The position numbers and the translations under genes are program-made. A stretch of DNA of 48,555 bases from Alphaproteobacteria bacterium (GTDB lineage Bacteria; Pseudomonadota; Alphaproteobacteria; Rs-D84), in contig WRJH01000002.1 in the NCBI GenBank assembly GCA_009782315.1, forward strand, positions 1-48,555, given 5' to 3'. Below the pieces are notes generated by a model. That model did not search any database. It worked only from the letters and a program-made list of their open reading frames with translations, and was not told the DNA's origin. Of this stretch, positions 16,958 to 26,112 are shown piece after piece. The stretch's first letter is position 1; each line of letters begins with the position of its first letter.

Positions 16958-17808
16958 ATTGCCCCCTTGTAATTCTGGTCATTTATCACAATCACCGCTT
17001 TGCGGCGCAGTTGTTTCAATTGCTGGTCGCCGATGAACATCGCCCGCTTGAACACCGCGTTCTGTTTTATTATATCGTCCAGTTCGCCGTATTCCTTCAT
17101 CTTTTGCCGTTTGCATACCAGCAAGACCGACCGGTCGGGCCCGCGCGACGACCAGGCAAGCAGCGGCAGGTCCGCAATCCGTCCGCGCGTTTCCACAGAC
17201 AATTCGAATTCCGGCGCAGTGATGCGCGTCGGCGCGCCGCCCAAATTCCACGCAATCTTTTCGGCCGTATCGCAATCTTTGGCCGGGGTTAATTTTTCGG
17301 CGACCGATTCCGGAATATCCGCAAGCCGCACAAGAGTCACGTCTATGGGAAGGCCGCGGCTGCGCGAAAGTTCCGCGATTTCGTCCTTTATATCCCGGTC
17401 GGTCACATTCACCGCCGGCATTATCGTGCGGCCGATAATCATCTGCCATGCGATATGCGATTTCGTCGCAAAGCGCAACATTTCCATTCCAACAGAATCA
17501 AGGCCCGAAACATCAAACCCGCGCGATTTCATATTGTCGATTTCCTTCTTAACTTCGGCGTCGGACGGGTTGATTTGTATCTGGGCCGCAAAGCCCAGCT
17601 TTATGTTGTCGTCTATGATATTGGAAAGGGCGCGCAGACGGTTGTCCGTTCCCGAATCGCCCTGTATATTCATCAGTTTCACCCGCGCGGTTATATCGCG
17701 GTCCGTTATCGGCGCGCCGTTGACGCTTGCTATAACCGATGCGCATTGCGCAACACAAGGCATAAGGCATAAGGCATAAGGCATAAGAAATTTGCAAATT
17801 GTTTTCAT
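16954..17808 (-). CDS. SurA-N-domain-like periplasmic chaperone (no obvious PPIase domain)
   Basis: 284 aa with a signal peptide. VNGAPITDRDI..R..L and the position immediately downstream of lptD (TAATG overlap) fit the lptD-surA arrangement. The signal peptide is encoded by a GGCATAA array. Confidence 0.6.
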   Translation of the reverse strand: MKTICKFLMPYALCLMPCVAQCASVIASVNGAPITDRDITARVKLMNIQGDSGTDNRLRALSNIIDDNIKLGFAAQIQINPSDAEVKKEIDNMKSRGFDVSGLDSVGMEMLRFATKSHIAWQMIIGRTIMPAVNVTDRDIKDEIAELSRSRGLPIDVTLVRLADIPESVAEKLTPAKDCDTAEKIAWNLGGAPTRITAPEFELSVETRGRIADLPLLAWSSRGPDRSVLLVCKRQKMKEYGELDDIIKQNAVFKRAMFIGDQQLKQLRRKAVIVINDQNYKGAI

Positions 17809-19874
17809 TATTTTTTTCCCTCTACTAATTTAAGGCTGAACGACAGTTTGAAAGTCGTGTTTCCGACGTAATTTTCGCTTTCGTCGTCCAGGTTGGTCCT
17901 TATCGCGCCGTCGCGCAGATATTCGAACCCTATCATATAGCACGGATGTTCGTAATAAAGCCCTGCATTCTGACGCTGTATCCGTTCGTCGGTGATATTG
18001 TAAATCGTGCGCGTGCGAAGATTCCACCGTTCCGTAAGCCCCAGGCCGAATCCGCCGACTATTTCGTTGTTGCGGCTGTTTTCCGTAAGCGCGTCGTCCA
18101 GCTGGACCGCGATTATATATCCCGCTTCGACATAATTTCTTTTGCCCAGGCGGGCCGTGGATTCAATATGGCGCAGTGCCAGGTTGGAATTCGCGAAACG
18201 CGCGCGGTTGTTTATCATAAACCAATCCTTATACTCGGCCGACAGCCGCCCGACAAAGTCCGACCCGCCGTTATGGTATCCGGAATTCGGGTCCAAATCT
18301 TTCGGTTTGGAAAAGTCGTAAGTCTGTCCGGCAAACCCGGATACGGATATGCCGCCGCGCGAAAAAGCGGACCAGCCAAGCCCGTAATCCGCATAATCGC
18401 CGTTCACCCAAAGGTCGTATCCGGAAAGCCGGTTGTCCGAAAAAAGCGTCGCGTCCGACAAGACCGAACCGGAAGAATCTATGTTCGCAAAGGCCGGCGT
18501 TTCCAAAACGCGCATGGCCGTGTACCGCACCCGCGGTTCTATGACATGGGTCCAGTCCCGTCGTTCGTTATTTACCAGGGGCAGCGCCCACTGGGCGTAT
18601 CCCGACGGCAGAAAGCGCGCCCGGGACCCGGAAAATCCAACCTCTCCGTCCAGCATGTCCGTGTTGTTGAAATAATAAAAATCGTACCGCGACGACGCCG
18701 CGAGAGTAACCCGCTGGCCGCCCCATATCGTCCACGGCGATGTGACGGTAGCAGACCCCAGCATTCTTTGCATATTGCCCGCCGTTTCGGAATTGTATAT
18801 GCCAATCATATCGCCCATAAAGGACACGTACGTATCGCCGTATACGGGCGCGGTTTGATACACGCCGTGAATATTCGGCAGTATGTCGCCGGAAATGCTG
18901 GACGATTGGACGCCGGGCATTACGCGCAGTTCCTGGAACACGTGCGCGTCTGTGCGGACGTATCCGCTGTCCGCAAAAACTTCCATCCGGGCGCCCGAAT
19001 CAAGAAACGGCTGGGCGTCATAGAACCCGTAATGCTGCAAATAAGTCTTGTCGGACGCACGCTGTAAAAATAATTTCGCGCGGGCGTGTTCGCCCAGTTC
19101 AATCAAATCTTCGTTGAACACGTGCCAGCGGTCGTTGCCCGCCCGGTTGCTGGTGTACGACCCCGTCGTCCGGAAACTGGAATGATGCGCGTTCAGCCGG
19201 TGCTCCAACTGCCATATCGGATTTTCCGCGGTAAGATACCCGGGCGTAAAGGTAAAATCGTGAGTGTCCGAAACCACAATGTAAAGCGGCAGGTTAACCT
19301 GGGTCCCCATGTTGTTCGTCGTGTTCACATAGGGAATCAGGAATCCGGATTTGCGCTTTATGCTGGGGTCCGGATACGACAGGTACGGCGACCAGAATAT
19401 CGGAACATCATAGGCCCAGAACACCGCGTTATAGAATTCCATCATGCGCGCGTCGGCGTCGTGGCGCATGCGGTCGGCCGACACCTCCCACGCGTTCACA
19501 TTGGTGTCGCAGTCGCCGCACGCCGTGTACACGACGCTTTGGGCAAGCGTTATGTTATCCTGTTTTTCGACGGATGCGGCCGAAAAGTGCGTGCGGGTCC
19601 CCAGCCATACTTCGACACGCTGTCCGCCCGCATGCGCGCCGCGATTGTCCATATACGCGTCAAGCAGGGTCATGCGCTTGCCGTCCGACGTTTCCATTTT
19701 TGTGTCGCCGGCCGTCTTTATGGATTGCGTTTTGCGGTCGAATTCTATCCTGTCGGCCGTGATGGTTTTGTCGGAGCTAGTGTCAAGAGAGAGAGCGTGA
19801 GCCGAACTGAAAACTAATAACGAAGAACCAAGAACCAGCGTCATACGAAAGAAAATCGGAAAATGGTATTTCAT
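17808..19874 (-). CDS. lptD: LPS-assembly outer membrane protein LptD
   Basis: 688 aa with a signal peptide. N-terminal OstA-like ADRIEFD; RKSGFLIPY motif; large beta-barrel region. Confidence 0.85.
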   Translation of the reverse strand: MKYHFPIFFRMTLVLGSSLLVFSSAHALSLDTSSDKTITADRIEFDRKTQSIKTAGDTKMETSDGKRMTLLDAYMDNRGAHAGGQRVEVWLGTRTHFSAASVEKQDNITLAQSVVYTACGDCDTNVNAWEVSADRMRHDADARMMEFYNAVFWAYDVPIFWSPYLSYPDPSIKRKSGFLIPYVNTTNNMGTQVNLPLYIVVSDTHDFTFTPGYLTAENPIWQLEHRLNAHHSSFRTTGSYTSNRAGNDRWHVFNEDLIELGEHARAKLFLQRASDKTYLQHYGFYDAQPFLDSGARMEVFADSGYVRTDAHVFQELRVMPGVQSSSISGDILPNIHGVYQTAPVYGDTYVSFMGDMIGIYNSETAGNMQRMLGSATVTSPWTIWGGQRVTLAASSRYDFYYFNNTDMLDGEVGFSGSRARFLPSGYAQWALPLVNNERRDWTHVIEPRVRYTAMRVLETPAFANIDSSGSVLSDATLFSDNRLSGYDLWVNGDYADYGLGWSAFSRGGISVSGFAGQTYDFSKPKDLDPNSGYHNGGSDFVGRLSAEYKDWFMINNRARFANSNLALRHIESTARLGKRNYVEAGYIIAVQLDDALTENSRNNEIVGGFGLGLTERWNLRTRTIYNITDERIQRQNAGLYYEHPCYMIGFEYLRDGAIRTNLDDESENYVGNTTFKLSFSLKLVEGKK

Positions 19875-19907
19875 GTTCAGTTCTTAGTTTTTAGTTATTA
19901 GTTTTTT
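19807..19907. repeat. Imperfect inverted heptamer arrays spanning the lptG-stop / lptD-start junction
   Basis: ctgaaaactaataacgaagaaccaagaaccag (encodes the LptD signal peptide LVLGSSLLVFS) versus gttcagttcttagtttttagttattag (encodes the LptG C-terminus). About 17 of 21 positions are complementary in the best segment. Confidence 0.65.
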
Positions 19908-20969
19908 ATCCGAAAGTATGAAAAACAGAACTATGACGATTGCGGCCTGGCCGCCGGCAATCGCGAAAAAACCGGAAAGCGTGACGGCCAGGTCGGACAA
20001 AATCATAAACGCGGCCATCGCGGCGGCCATGCCAAAAGTCGCCATAGGCGCCGCCATATTAAACCCGGACCGGCGAAGCAGCGACGATTTCAAAAGCATG
20101 GTCATGGCGATAAGCGCCAAAATCAAATTCATAAAAGGACCCAAAAACCGCGTCGATAATTCGGTAATAATACGCTTGCGGTTGTTATCGCTGAACGTTT
20201 CAAGATGCGTCGCGTCATGGACCAGATGCGCGCTTGAAAGTCTGCTTACGCGGAAGACGTTTCCCTGCTCCCTGTCCGCCAGATTCATGTCCATATCCAT
20301 GGAATCGAACGTGCCGACCGCAAAATTGTCGTCGCGGAACTGGACGCTGCCAAGGGTCATGACCATGGATAGCCCGCGGCTGGTATGAATCAATTTTCCA
20401 TTATCCGCAGAAATTGTCATCTGGTTCCTTTGGTCGCGGTTGTCGTACAGCATCAGTTTGGACAAATCGTTGCCGGCCACGTTTTCGACAAACACCACAA
20501 GACCGCGCGCCATTTGGGTGAACGTCGCCTCTTGCAGTTTCAAATGCGCCAGACCGTACCGCATCTCCCACTGGGTGTCGTAAAACTTTACCTGGGTTAT
20601 AGGCACAACAAACATGTTCATCGCGAAATGTATGGCCGTAACGGCGCCCGCAAACCAAAGCGCCGGCCGCGCAATCTGCATAGGGGACAGGCCCGCCGCC
20701 GCCGCGACCGTTATTTCGCGGTCGGATATAAGCCTGCTGTACAGGAACACCACGGATATAAATACCGAAAACGGCATGATGATTGAAATTATAAGCGGCA
20801 GCATCATCGCCGTCAGCCCCAGAAATCCGAAAATGCCGATGCCGTACTGTATAAGGAATTTCAGCATGGTAAGTATGTGCATCATCCACGCCAGGCCGGC
20901 CAGCACCAGCAAAAGCATTATGAAAAATACCAAAATTTGGCGCGCAAAATAAATCGACAGGGTTTTCAT
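19884..20969 (-). CDS. lptG: LPS export ABC permease, LptF/LptG (YjgP/YjgQ) family, probably LptG
   Basis: Internal ATG 20969 (MKTLSIYFARQIL) of ORF 19884-21101. It has six-TM YjgP/YjgQ-like topology and lies directly upstream of lptD. The ORF extension 20970-21101 is translated repeat DNA. Confidence 0.75.
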   Translation of the reverse strand: MKTLSIYFARQILVFFIMLLLVLAGLAWMMHILTMLKFLIQYGIGIFGFLGLTAMMLPLIISIIMPFSVFISVVFLYSRLISDREITVAAAAGLSPMQIARPALWFAGAVTAIHFAMNMFVVPITQVKFYDTQWEMRYGLAHLKLQEATFTQMARGLVVFVENVAGNDLSKLMLYDNRDQRNQMTISADNGKLIHTSRGLSMVMTLGSVQFRDDNFAVGTFDSMDMDMNLADREQGNVFRVSRLSSAHLVHDATHLETFSDNNRKRIITELSTRFLGPFMNLILALIAMTMLLKSSLLRRSGFNMAAPMATFGMAAAMAAFMILSDLAVTLSGFFAIAGGQAAIVIVLFFILSDKKLITKN

Positions 20970-21103
20970 TCGTGGTCCGTGTTCGTGGTTCGTGGTCGTG
21001 GTCCGGGGTATTCTAGTACAATGGATTGCAATATCAAACTTTTTTTCTTGACCCAAACCATGAACCACGACCACGAGCCACCAGCACGAACCACCAACCA
21101 CGA
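20969..21103. repeat. Inverted pair of 7-nt-period arrays (TCGTGGT / ACCACGA) in the lptG-nusA divergent region
   Basis: ttcgtggt ccgtgt tcgtggt tcgtgg tcgtggt ccgg ... aaccatg aaccacg accacga gccacc agcacg aaccacc aaccacga. Confidence 0.85.
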
Positions 21104-21109
21104 TTTTCC

Positions 21110-21138
21110 TTGCAATCCGCCGATTCGTGATTCATAAT
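21110..21138 (+). promoter_or_regulatory. Candidate promoter TTGCAA-17-CATAAT for nusA
   Basis: TTGCAA 21110-21115, CATAAT 21133-21138. Confidence 0.45.
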
Positions 21139-21165
21139 GCCGTTGTTCTTTAATAAATAAATTAG

Positions 21166-21194
21166 AGAGCGGGTTCATAAGAACCCGCTCTTTT
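21166..21194 (+). terminator. Terminator-like hairpin in the nusA leader (possible attenuator)
   Basis: AGAGCGGGTTC-ATAA-GAACCCGCTCT followed by TTTT. It lies between the candidate promoter and the RBS AAAAGGAG (about 21199-21206). Confidence 0.45.
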
Positions 21195-21214
21195 AAGTAA
21201 AAAGGAGTTATAAC

Positions 21215-22789
21215 GTGTCATTCGAATCCATGCCCAGACAGGACTTGCTGCTTGCAATCGAATCACTTGCCGCCGAAAAGATAATCGACCGCGAAATCGT
21301 CATAGAATCGCTGGAAGCGGCAATCGCCAAAATCGCCGGACAAAAATACGGGGCCGAATTCAACATAGTGGCGGATATCGACCGCAAAAACGGCGCAATT
21401 CACGTAAAGCGCCTGTTCGACGTTGTCGACCCCGCGGATCTGGGCGAAGACGAGCTGGGCGAGCCGGTGCAATTCAACAGCGACACCATGCTGACCGTAA
21501 CAGAGGCGAAAAAATATTCGAAAGACCCGAAAATCGGCGACGTCGTGTCCGACCCGCTGCCGGAACCGGAATTCGGCCGCATGGCTTTCCAAACCGCAAA
21601 GCAAATCATGACCGCGCGCGTCCGCGACGCGGAAAAAGGACGCCAGTTCGAAGAATTCAAAGACAATATCGGCGACATAGTCAGCGGCATGGTCAAACGC
21701 ATAGAATTCGGAAACGTGTTCGTCGACATAAACGGCAAAGCCGAAGGTTATATAAAATCGTCCGAACTTATCCCCGGCGAAAAACTGCAGCCGGGCGACC
21801 GCGTGCGCGCCCTGGTCATGGACGTCGCGCGTTCCAACAGCGGCCCGCAGATTTTCCTGACCCGCACGCATCCGATGTTCATGGAAAAACTGTTCATGCA
21901 GGAAGTGCCGGAAATATACGAAGGCATAATAAAAATCAAGTCCGTCGCCCGCGCGCCGGGCAGCCACGCAAAGATTGCCGTCACCACAGACGACCCGTCA
22001 ATCGACGCCGTCGGCATGACGGTCGGCATGAAAGGCACCCGCATACAGCCGGTCATCAACGAATGCCACGGTGAAAAAATCGACGTGATACTTTATTCCG
22101 AAGACCCCGCCGTATTCATCGTCAATTCCATGCAGCCGGCAAAGGTTCAGAAGATAATCGTCGACGAAGACACGCGAACCGCCGCAGTCGTCGTGAACGA
22201 AGACCAGCAGTCTTTGGCTATCGGCCGCCGCGGACAGAACGTGCGTCTGGCGTCCCAGCTGACCGGATGGAACATCGACGTCATGAACGAAATGGAAGAA
22301 CAGGAAAAACGCGCCAAAGAATTCAAGGAAAAGACCGAACTGTTCACCAAAGGGCTGGACGTCGACGAAATGATTGCGCACCTGCTTATCACCGAAGGGT
22401 TCAGGACAATCGAAGAAATCGCGTACGTCGATTCGGCCGAACTTTCCAGAATCGAAGGGTTCGACGCCGATTTGGCCGCCGAATTGCAGGGCCGCGCCAA
22501 AGCCCATATCGAAAAGATGGAACAGGAATACAAGGATACCGGGCATGCGCTTGGCATGGCGGACGATTTGCTGTTCTTTGATTTCGTAAAGCGTCCGACA
22601 ATACTTGCGCTGGGGCGCGCGGGCGTGCGCTCTTTATCCGACCTGGCCGATTTGGCGTCAGACGAGCTGGTCGAAATACTGGGCGAAGACAATATGTCCG
22701 AACGCCTGGCCGGCCGCATAGTCATGAAGGCGCGCGAAGTCGCGTACGGAATAGGGGATAGCGGGGAAGAGGAAGAAGAACAGGAATAA
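21215..22789 (+). CDS. nusA: Transcription termination/antitermination factor NusA
   Basis: 524 aa, GTG start. S1 region IVSGMVKRIEFGNVFVDI; KH region AIGRRGQNVRLASQLTGWNIDV; C-terminal acidic repeats. Confidence 0.95.
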   Translation: MSFESMPRQDLLLAIESLAAEKIIDREIVIESLEAAIAKIAGQKYGAEFNIVADIDRKNGAIHVKRLFDVVDPADLGEDELGEPVQFNSDTMLTVTEAKKYSKDPKIGDVVSDPLPEPEFGRMAFQTAKQIMTARVRDAEKGRQFEEFKDNIGDIVSGMVKRIEFGNVFVDINGKAEGYIKSSELIPGEKLQPGDRVRALVMDVARSNSGPQIFLTRTHPMFMEKLFMQEVPEIYEGIIKIKSVARAPGSHAKIAVTTDDPSIDAVGMTVGMKGTRIQPVINECHGEKIDVILYSEDPAVFIVNSMQPAKVQKIIVDEDTRTAAVVVNEDQQSLAIGRRGQNVRLASQLTGWNIDVMNEMEEQEKRAKEFKEKTELFTKGLDVDEMIAHLLITEGFRTIEEIAYVDSAELSRIEGFDADLAAELQGRAKAHIEKMEQEYKDTGHALGMADDLLFFDFVKRPTILALGRAGVRSLSDLADLASDELVEILGEDNMSERLAGRIVMKAREVAYGIGDSGEEEEEQE

Positions 22790-22791
22790 TT

Positions 22792-22870
22792 CGTTACCCG
22801 TGAACCGTAACCCGTAGTCCGTAAATAAATTACGGATAACGGATAACGGATAACGGGTTACGGCGAACGA
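22792..22870. repeat. Inverted pair of 7-nt-period arrays (CGTAACC / ACGGATA) between nusA and infB
   Basis: cgttacc cgtgaac cgtaacc cgtagtc cgtaaat aa attacgg ataacgg ataacgg ataacgg gttacgg. Confidence 0.85.
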
Positions 22871-22881
22871 AGTGAGCGAAT

Positions 22882-25257
22882 ATGGCAACATTAACACTTA
22901 AAAAATCTGTCGACACGGGCGCGGTTCAAAGCGCAAAGGGCGCGGTCATATCCGTAGAGCGCCGGCGCAAAATCGAAATCCCGGGCGCGCGCACCCTGCG
23001 GGAAGAGCCGAAATCCCCCGCCCCCCAAAGCGCCGCGGACGAAAAGCTGCGCGCCATATTAGAGGCGAACAAAGAACGCGAAGCCCAGCGCCAGAAACAA
23101 CAGGCCGAAGACGACGCCCTGCGCGCGCGCCGCGATGCGGAAATCGCCCGCGAAGAGGAGGAATATGCCGCCGTAAAGGAAAAACTGAACGCGAAAGCCG
23201 CCGTGGAAGAAGATGACAGGAATCAGGAATCGGGAACCAGGAATCAGTCGTTCGGCCGCCCGTCTTTCGCCGCGCCCAAAGCGGCCGACGACGATGAAAA
23301 CGATGCGCGGAAAAACAAAGGCAAAAAGGGAAGCGTTAAAAAAGATTTTTCCAAAGGCAAGATTTCCATACGCGACATAGTCATGTCTTCGGACGACGAG
23401 GGCGATTCTGAAATGGGAATCCGCGCGGGCGGGCACCGCCGCAGCGACGCGTCCTTGAAACGATTCCGCGACAAGGCGCGCCAGATGTTCGCGGCCCCGC
23501 AAAAAGTATCGCGCGAAGTCGTTATCGGCGATTCCATCACGGTCAAGGAACTGGCCGCCGCCATGGCCGAAAAGGTCGGCGCGGTTGTCAAAAAACTGAT
23601 GGAAATGGGAATGATGGCGTCGCAGAACCAGTCGCTGGACGCGGATACCGCGGAACTTGTCGCAACCGAATTCGGCGCGGCTGTCAAACGCGTCGTAACA
23701 GCGCCGCACGCCGAATTGCTTTCCCGCGCGGCAAACCCGGACAATATGAAACCCCGCGCGCCGGTCGTTACCGTCGTGGGCCATGTCGACCATGGAAAGA
23801 CTTCCCTTTTGGACGCATTTCGCGGCGCGAACGTGGTCGCAAAGGAAGCCGGCGGAATAACACAGCATATCGCCGCGTACGAAGAAAAATCGGCATCCGG
23901 AAAAATGATAACTTTCCTGGACACACCCGGGCACGAAACCTTTTCCGCAATGCGCGCGCGCGGCGCAAATATGGCCGACATCGTCGTCCTGGTCGTCGCC
24001 GCGAACGATTCCATAATGCCGCAGACTGTCGAAGCAATCAGTCATATCCGCGCCGCAAAGGTTCCGTTCATTGTCGCGATTAATAAAATAGATTTGTTTG
24101 ATGCCGACGCGCAGCGCGTCAAAACCGACCTGTTGCGGCACGAGGTTCAGGTAGAGCAAATGGGCGGCGACGTTCAATCGGTCGAGATTTCCGCGACCAA
24201 AAAAATCAACCTGGACAAACTGGAAGACGCGATTCTGGTCCAGGCCGAACTGATGGATTTAAAGGCCGACCCGGACATGCCGGCCGTTGCCACCGTCGTG
24301 GAGGCAAAAATGGAAAAAGGCCTGGGGCCGACGGCGACAGTGCTGGTTCAACAGGGACGGCTTTCCGTCGGCGACGTGTTCGTCGTTGGCGAAACATGGG
24401 GCCGCGTGCGCGGACTGGTAAATTCGAACGGCGTGCGGGTGAAATCCGCGGGGCCTTCGCAACCCGTCATAGTTTTGGGTCTGGAAACGGTTCCGAACGC
24501 GGGCGACGAATTGCGCGGTCTGGAATCCGAATCCCAAGCGCGCGAAGTGGTGTCGTACAGACAGCATAAAAAACAAACGGAAGCCAACGCCGTCAAACGG
24601 TCGTCCTTGGAAGAATTGTTCGCAAAAAGAGACGAGACGAAAAAACTGACCCTGCCGGTCGTTCTGCGCGCGGATGTCCAGGGTTCGGTCGAAGCCATAC
24701 GCGACATGCTGAAAGGCGTCCAAAGCGACAAGGCCGCAATAGATTTGATTTCCGCAGGCGTCGGCCAGATTACCGAAGGCGACGTACGGCTGGCCGCCGC
24801 GTCTAACGCAATCATAATCGCATTCAATGTCCGCGCCGATTCCGCAGTGCGCGAGGTGGCCAAATCATTGGGCGCGGATATTCGCTATCATTCCATCGTA
24901 TATCGCATTACGGACGAACTGAAAGACGTTCTGACCGGAAAGCTGGCGCCGGAACGCCGCGAAAACTTTATCGGATACGCCGACATTATCGCATTGTTCA
25001 CAGTGGGCAAGGGCGTGCGTGTGGCGGGATGCCGCGTGACCGAGGGCGTGATAAAACGCGACGCCTTTGTCCGCTTGCTTCGCGACAACGTCGTCATATA
25101 CGACGGCAAAATCGGCGTACTGAAACGCGAAAAGAACGAAGTAAAGGAAGTCGGCGTCGGCACGGAATTCGGTATGTCGTTCGACAAGTACAACGACCTG
25201 CGCGAAGGGGATCGCGTCGAATGCTATGAAGTCGAGAATATTAAGGCAACATTATAA
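22882..25257 (+). CDS. infB: Translation initiation factor IF-2
   Basis: 791 aa. G1 [13 protein letters not shown]3 DTPGHE, G4 NKID, with a charged N-terminal region. Confidence 0.95.
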   Translation: MATLTLKKSVDTGAVQSAKGAVISVERRRKIEIPGARTLREEPKSPAPQSAADEKLRAILEANKEREAQRQKQQAEDDALRARRDAEIAREEEEYAAVKEKLNAKAAVEEDDRNQESGTRNQSFGRPSFAAPKAADDDENDARKNKGKKGSVKKDFSKGKISIRDIVMSSDDEGDSEMGIRAGGHRRSDASLKRFRDKARQMFAAPQKVSREVVIGDSITVKELAAAMAEKVGAVVKKLMEMGMMASQNQSLDADTAELVATEFGAAVKRVVTAPHAELLSRAANPDNMKPRAPVVTVVGHVDHGKTSLLDAFRGANVVAKEAGGITQHIAAYEEKSASGKMITFLDTPGHETFSAMRARGANMADIVVLVVAANDSIMPQTVEAISHIRAAKVPFIVAINKIDLFDADAQRVKTDLLRHEVQVEQMGGDVQSVEISATKKINLDKLEDAILVQAELMDLKADPDMPAVATVVEAKMEKGLGPTATVLVQQGRLSVGDVFVVGETWGRVRGLVNSNGVRVKSAGPSQPVIVLGLETVPNAGDELRGLESESQAREVVSYRQHKKQTEANAVKRSSLEELFAKRDETKKLTLPVVLRADVQGSVEAIRDMLKGVQSDKAAIDLISAGVGQITEGDVRLAAASNAIIIAFNVRADSAVREVAKSLGADIRYHSIVYRITDELKDVLTGKLAPERRENFIGYADIIALFTVGKGVRVAGCRVTEGVIKRDAFVRLLRDNVVIYDGKIGVLKREKNEVKEVGVGTEFGMSFDKYNDLREGDRVECYEVENIKATL

Positions 25258-25258
25258 G

Positions 25259-25359
25259 TCATAAGGCATAGGGCATAAGGCATAACAAAGTCAGAGATTG
25301 CTGAAATAAATTTCAACAATCGCAAAACTAATATGCCTTATGCCCTATGCCTTATGACT
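25259..25359. repeat. Inverted pair of GGCATAR arrays between convergent infB and rsmE
   Basis: gtcataaggcatagggcataaggcataac ... atatgccttatgccctatgccttatgac. The 44-nt loop has its own small hairpin. The right arm encodes the RsmE C-terminus. Confidence 0.85.
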
Positions 25360-26055
25360 TAGAGCGGCGATAGCCGCGACGGCGGCGGTTTCGGCGCGAA
25401 GGACTGTCGGGCCCAATGATATGCCGGTCGCGTCGGCGTTGTCCAGCGCGGCGAATTCCCTTTCCGAAAAACCGCCTTCGGGGCCTATCAAAACGACTGT
25501 GTCGTTTTGGCGTGAGACGTAAGGCGTAAGACGTGAAGCGTTATTATCAACCGTTCGTTCGTCGGCGAAAAACAATTCGGCTTTCGGTTCACGGCTTTCG
25601 GTTTTCGATAAGAATTCATCAAACTTTACCGGTTCCGCCAATTCCGGCACGCTATTCCGGCCGGATTGTTCCGCCGATTCTATTATGATTTTTCGGACCC
25701 GGTCCCATTTGACGCGATGTTCGTTTACCCGTTCCGTTATCACCGGCTGTAATTTCCGGACGCCCGTCTGCGTCGCCATCGACAGCATCTCTTCCAGCCG
25801 CGATTGTTTTATCGGCGCGAACGCAAGCGTCAAGTCGTTCGACGGGTCAAGGCGGCCGGAAGGCATAAGGCACAGGGCATAAGGCATATTATCTTGTGTG
25901 GCAAGTTTGGCGTGAAATTCTTGCCCATTATTGAAAACCAAAAATTCGTCCGTGCGCATGACCCGCGATAAATAATGTTCGGTGTCTTTCGATATTGAAA
26001 AACTTTTCCCGGTTTCCAGGTTTTCATTCAAATAAATTCTTGGTATATTTTTCAT
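25345..26055 (-). CDS. rsmE: 16S rRNA (uracil1498-N3)-methyltransferase RsmE
   Basis: 236 aa. IPRIYL..HYLSRVMR N-terminal PUA-like region; C-terminal LIGPEGGFSEREF. It carries two in-frame heptamer arrays (25511-25540, 25861-25888). Confidence 0.85.
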   Translation of the reverse strand: MKNIPRIYLNENLETGKSFSISKDTEHYLSRVMRTDEFLVFNNGQEFHAKLATQDNMPYALCLMPSGRLDPSNDLTLAFAPIKQSRLEEMLSMATQTGVRKLQPVITERVNEHRVKWDRVRKIIIESAEQSGRNSVPELAEPVKFDEFLSKTESREPKAELFFADERTVDNNASRLTPYVSRQNDTVVLIGPEGGFSEREFAALDNADATGISLGPTVLRAETAAVAAIAALSHKA

Positions 26056-26060
26056 AATTT

Positions 26061-26092
26061 TATGCCTTATGCCCTATGCCTTATGCCCTTAT
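26061..26092. repeat. TTATGCC-type heptamer array upstream of rsmE
   Basis: tatgccttatgccctatgccttatgccctta. It is inverted relative to the array at 25861-25888 inside rsmE. Confidence 0.75.
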
Positions 26093-26112
26093 TATGATAT
26101 AATAATACCATC

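Noticed and set aside
17946-19067. 373-aa plus-strand ORF opposite lptD (also 19086-19817)
   Set aside because: It lies entirely within the well-supported lptD gene on the other strand. The translation is Arg/Val/Gly-rich, which is typical of antisense frames in GC-rich DNA.
20970-21101. N-terminal extension of the lptG ORF (MVGGSCWWLVVVVHG..TTTNHEHGPR)
   Set aside because: It is the translation of the TCGTGGT/ACCACGA repeat arrays. The YjgP/YjgQ-type N-terminus MKTLSIYFARQIL begins at 20969.
23059-24177. 372-aa minus-strand ORF inside infB, and similar ORFs inside virD4 (26980-27900), the 417-aa lipoprotein gene (37360-38316) and pilin-like A (39330-40229)
   Set aside because: They are shadow ORFs opposite genes with strong motif support.
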